In this document: positions 60,872 to 64,000 of the stretch, one piece after another
Layout: each line of letters opens with the position of its first letter
Position numbering within the stretch: position 1 is the first letter of the stretch
NCBI GenBank assembly: GCA_973895155.1
Contig: OZ316898.1
Coordinates: 4,092,480-4,156,479, forward strand
DNA from: Marsupella aquatica
Lineage: Eukaryota > Plantae > Marchantiophyta
Length of the DNA: 64,000 nt
Direction: 5' to 3'
Program-made: the position numbers and the translations under genes
The notes under the pieces: model-generated
What the model was told of the DNA's origin: nothing
What the model saw: only the letters and a program-made list of their open reading frames with translations
The model's database searches: none

Positions 60872-61552
60872 ATGGCACGCCCTAAAATCCGAGCCAAGAA
60901 GCGGGGGACAGAGGTGAGCAACACAGGTGTAGTTGGGCCAGATGGTAGTAACTTCTCCGCAAGTCAGATTTTCCAGAAGGCAGCTCATTGTTGTGCCATT
61001 TGTGACGATGGTGGTGGCTTAGCCATATGTGAGGGCCCTTGCATGAGGCATTTCCACCTCAACCCGGAGTCTGACCTTGCTGCAGAAAACAACTGTCCAG
61101 GGGTGGGCCTCCCGTCAGCACACCAGGGAGGCTGGATGTGCACTGATTGTTTGGAGAAGCAGGCTAAGTGTGCACAGTGTGGGAAGTTGGGGTCTTATGA
61201 GGGCTCTGTTGATGCTCCACCACTTGTTAGGAAATGCCCTGACAGATATTGTGTGAGGTTCTTTTGTTTTTCATGTTTGCCCGATCTTGCCACAGCTTGC
61301 CCACTTCATAAGTGCAAGGCATGTGGTCAGCACGATGAAGATTTCTGGGTGGACATAGTCCACTGTGTTAGGTGTCCCACCATGTGGCACTTTCATTGTT
61401 TGAAGGAGCATCAAGCAGAAGGCTATGCTTGTGACAGACACATCTAATATCACTCTGCACATGGTGTTGATCGATGGATCTTCTATTGTCATCGCCATGC
61501 CATAGATCCTACTTTGCACACTCCCATGAGAGATCACATTTCTTGGCTTTGA
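60872..61552 (+). pseudogene. Stand-alone EDM2-type PHD-finger gene, copy B (premature TAA at 61445, natural stop at 61552)
   Basis: CAICDDGGGLAICEGPCMRHFH..WMCTDCLEKQAKCAQCGKLGS..CPDRYCVRFF..CPLHKCKAC..CVRCPTMWHFHCL..DRWIFYCHRHAIDPTLHTPMRDHISWL. Confidence 0.88.
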
Positions 61553-62150
61553 ACCTGAATAATGTACATGCATAGTGCACCTGATGTGGATACCTTGGAG
61601 ATTGCAGACATTCCAATTTTGAGAAGAAGGACCTATGTAGGAGAGGATGCTTAGGCAACAAGTACCCTAAGTTCATTACTTGTTCCTGGGTACATGCCTT
61701 CAAAAACTCCCCTTAAGCCTTCTAGGAACTTTTTTAACTCTGCAATCATTTTGATCACGACTTACATGACACTGCTTAAATTAAATCAGGACTTCTCATT
61801 ATGAGCATATAAGTTACAAGGCTATTTAATTTGCGAGAATTCCCTTAAAGTGTACCAACATTTTCTATTCTCATTGAATGTCTGCCCATTTACAACATCT
61901 GTATGTGGCATCACAAAACAATTGCACTTGTCACCTTCAATATTGTCAAGGCACATATTCAAACTATGAGGTGCATGCTTGCAGGTGTCTAGTACGTTTG
62001 TCCCAATATTTCTCCCGTTTGGAATCGGAGCAGAGACTCACCAGACGACTGGACTGGACCAAGTTATAAACGCAGCATTTTAAGGGCCCTCCGATTATCA
62101 GGTGAACGCATTATCTTCCGGTCTGCAGTGATTAGGTGGCCCGTGTGTAC

Positions 62151-62999
62151 ATGGCCTCTAGGAAACGTACAAAGGTTGACCACCTGCCTCTGTTGGCTGG
62201 AATCAAAGCCATTTTGATTCCTGGCCACTATGGGTTCACCCAAGTGAGTTGGCCAATCGTACAAAAACGATTCTCAGAGTTCCATGGGACTGAAGTCAAG
62301 GACATCACTCCACAGACTACACATGTTGTTGCGGGGACATGGCTGGATGTGATGAACAACTGGTCATGGTCCTTCATTGATTCTGCCATTACCAACCAAG
62401 GTCTAAAAGTAGTTGAAGTCTCTTGGCTGACCGATTCTGTTAAACATAGGTGTGTACAGAGTACTGAGCAATATGAGTTGTGGGAGAGTGAGGAGGCCAC
62501 TGCAGAGGCTTTGGCTGAAAAGGAAGCCTATGAAGCAACGGCAGAGAAACCCAACTTTGCTTCTGTCCAATATGGACCTGTTGTCAACATAGGACACCAT
62601 CCTATGCGTGCAGATGCTATATTGAATGAGCATGGCAAGGAGAGAAATACCATTATGAAGGGGTTCAGTGTGGTATTTGCAGAAGAAGGAATTGGGGAGA
62701 CTAAGTGCAGATTGTACAAGTCTATAGTTGTTGACCTAGGTGGGACAGTGGAGGAGAGTCTAACAGAAACCTCCACTCATGTTGTAGGTCTGTCATACAT
62801 GAAAATATGCAGAAAATTCTTTAAGACAACAGTGCGTGATTTTGTCATGAACAACAATCTTTGGGTGCTTTCCCCTGATTGGCTTCTGGAATCAGCAGCT
62901 AGAGGGAAGCGACAGAATGCTTGGGACTTTGATATTTTTGAGGCCTGGCCCTCCAAGATTCAGTGGAGATGTATGCTTAGCAAAGGTGGGAGAGAGTGA
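62151..62999 (+). CDS. Tandem BRCT-domain protein, copy B (open frame, ~282 aa)
   Basis: FHGTEVKDITPQTTHVVA..VVEVSWLTDSV and LGGTVEESLTETSTHVV..VLSPDWLLESA. Confidence 0.87.
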   Translation: MASRKRTKVDHLPLLAGIKAILIPGHYGFTQVSWPIVQKRFSEFHGTEVKDITPQTTHVVAGTWLDVMNNWSWSFIDSAITNQGLKVVEVSWLTDSVKHRCVQSTEQYELWESEEATAEALAEKEAYEATAEKPNFASVQYGPVVNIGHHPMRADAILNEHGKERNTIMKGFSVVFAEEGIGETKCRLYKSIVVDLGGTVEESLTETSTHVVGLSYMKICRKFFKTTVRDFVMNNNLWVLSPDWLLESAARGKRQNAWDFDIFEAWPSKIQWRCMLSKGGRE

Positions 63000-63139
63000 G
63001 GAGTAGGAGTCCCTCATATTTTTGTATAAATCATAATTTTGTAATAAATGTGATCCTTGAACTAACTCATCTTGTCATGGTTGGTCGCAGTTGAAGTGAT
63101 TGTTGTTTCCTGCTGCGTGGGGTGTGACTGTGAATCTAC

Positions 63140-63709
63140 TTGCTGGGCTCTGTTTGGCTGAAGACTTTGGTGGGTATGCTGCCTCTTCCAGACCGTCAGG
63201 CCCTGTGTAGGGTCCTCCTACGGGTTGCATCGTGCATGGCTACTGCTTGGGCTTACTTGTGTGGATTGGTAACCAGACAGAGTGTAGCTCCATCCGAGAT
63301 AATGCCTACAGACCTTGGATGTGTTGTGAATGCTGTGGTGAATGAGGATGCACAATCGGAAGAGGATATTTACTTTTCAGCAGATGAGTTAGACAAGCAC
63401 GATGCTGTAGGTGGTTCCTTGTTGCCTGATTTGGCAGATGATATAGTTCTTGCACATGTCTGGCCGAGGGTTCTTGTGGTGTCTGGCGCACAAGATATCT
63501 GCAAATATAGACTAATTAGTACCCAGTGGAGGGACTTGGTAGCAACATGTGCACCATGGAGGGCACTGCTGCCACTGCTTGTAGGCACGGATCGAAGACC
63601 ACCATGGCATGAGCAGGGTTTAGACCTTGATGACTTAATGTACATGCCTGAGTACCTCAGGGCTGAGTGGCATCGACAACAGGATTGGTATCCGTATTTG
63701 ATGTGGTAG
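63140..63709 (+). CDS. Small F-box-like protein (cargo present only in element B)
   Basis: LLPDLADDIVLAHVWPRV..ICKYRLISTQWRDLV fits the F-box consensus LP.LP.(D/E)....I..RL..R.VS..W..L. Confidence 0.6.
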   Translation: MLGSVWLKTLVGMLPLPDRQALCRVLLRVASCMATAWAYLCGLVTRQSVAPSEIMPTDLGCVVNAVVNEDAQSEEDIYFSADELDKHDAVGGSLLPDLADDIVLAHVWPRVLVVSGAQDICKYRLISTQWRDLVATCAPWRALLPLLVGTDRRPPWHEQGLDLDDLMYMPEYLRAEWHRQQDWYPYLMW

Positions 63710-64000
63710 TAAGATGAGGACATCTCACACCGGTCTCGCACCTGGCACCTGTGTCTATGACTATACATGATTGGACTCTGATATGGTCATGGATGTACGT
63801 GCAGAGGCAGTACATGTGAGGACAGCGGAGGAGTTGACACCCTCAAACATTTAGGAATTTTGTCTCATTCACTTGAGAATAGGTACATGACTCAGGCACC
63901 TATATTTTTTGTTTTTTTGTTTTTTTGGAACGTTACGTATTTTGGCAAGTACAGTCGGGGGTGAAATCCTTAACAGGAAGTGTATTTTTCACTTGCATAA

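Larger units (their letters stand above)
50899..64000 (+). mobile_element. CACTA element B (left terminus at 50899, runs off the window)
   Basis: Canonical CACTAGTAGAAAC terminus followed by AAAGACT/AAGTC subterminal repeats to ~51200. Collinear, diverged homolog of element A. Expected TSD is GCT. Confidence 0.82.

Overview
Eukaryotic (land-plant) heterochromatin made almost entirely of nested transposons. I found no intact host gene, RNA gene or CRISPR array. 1-14.2 kb: a decayed Ty1/copia element broken up by later insertions, plus MITEs, a small Helitron and LTR-like remnants. 14.2-21.1 kb: part of a CACTA (En/Spm) element (element 0) with a spliced, decayed transposase on the minus strand and a convergent C2H2-finger gene. 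Two further CACTA elements start at 21102 (A, CACTAGAAGAAAC) and 50899 (B, CACTAGTAGAAAC), each nested in the previous one. A and B carry the same diverged cargo cassette: a Cys-rich ORF, a stand-alone EDM2-type PHD-finger protein and a tandem BRCT protein; B also has an F-box-like ORF. A young non-chromovirus Ty3/gypsy family has inserted three times into A and B: one full-length copy (21147-36666) and two solo LTRs (44301-48948, 54279-58914), each with its own 5-bp TSD. Its 4.65-kb LTR encodes a ~1200-aa protein, so every LTR, including solo LTRs, carries a whole gene. Its pol appears to be expressed by a -1 frameshift (G GAU UUU plus a pseudoknot) between protease and RT. The two best candidates for undescribed systems are the gene-in-LTR retrotransposon and the CACTA chromatin-reader/BRCT/F-box cargo module. 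Protein family calls come from motif recognition, not database searches.
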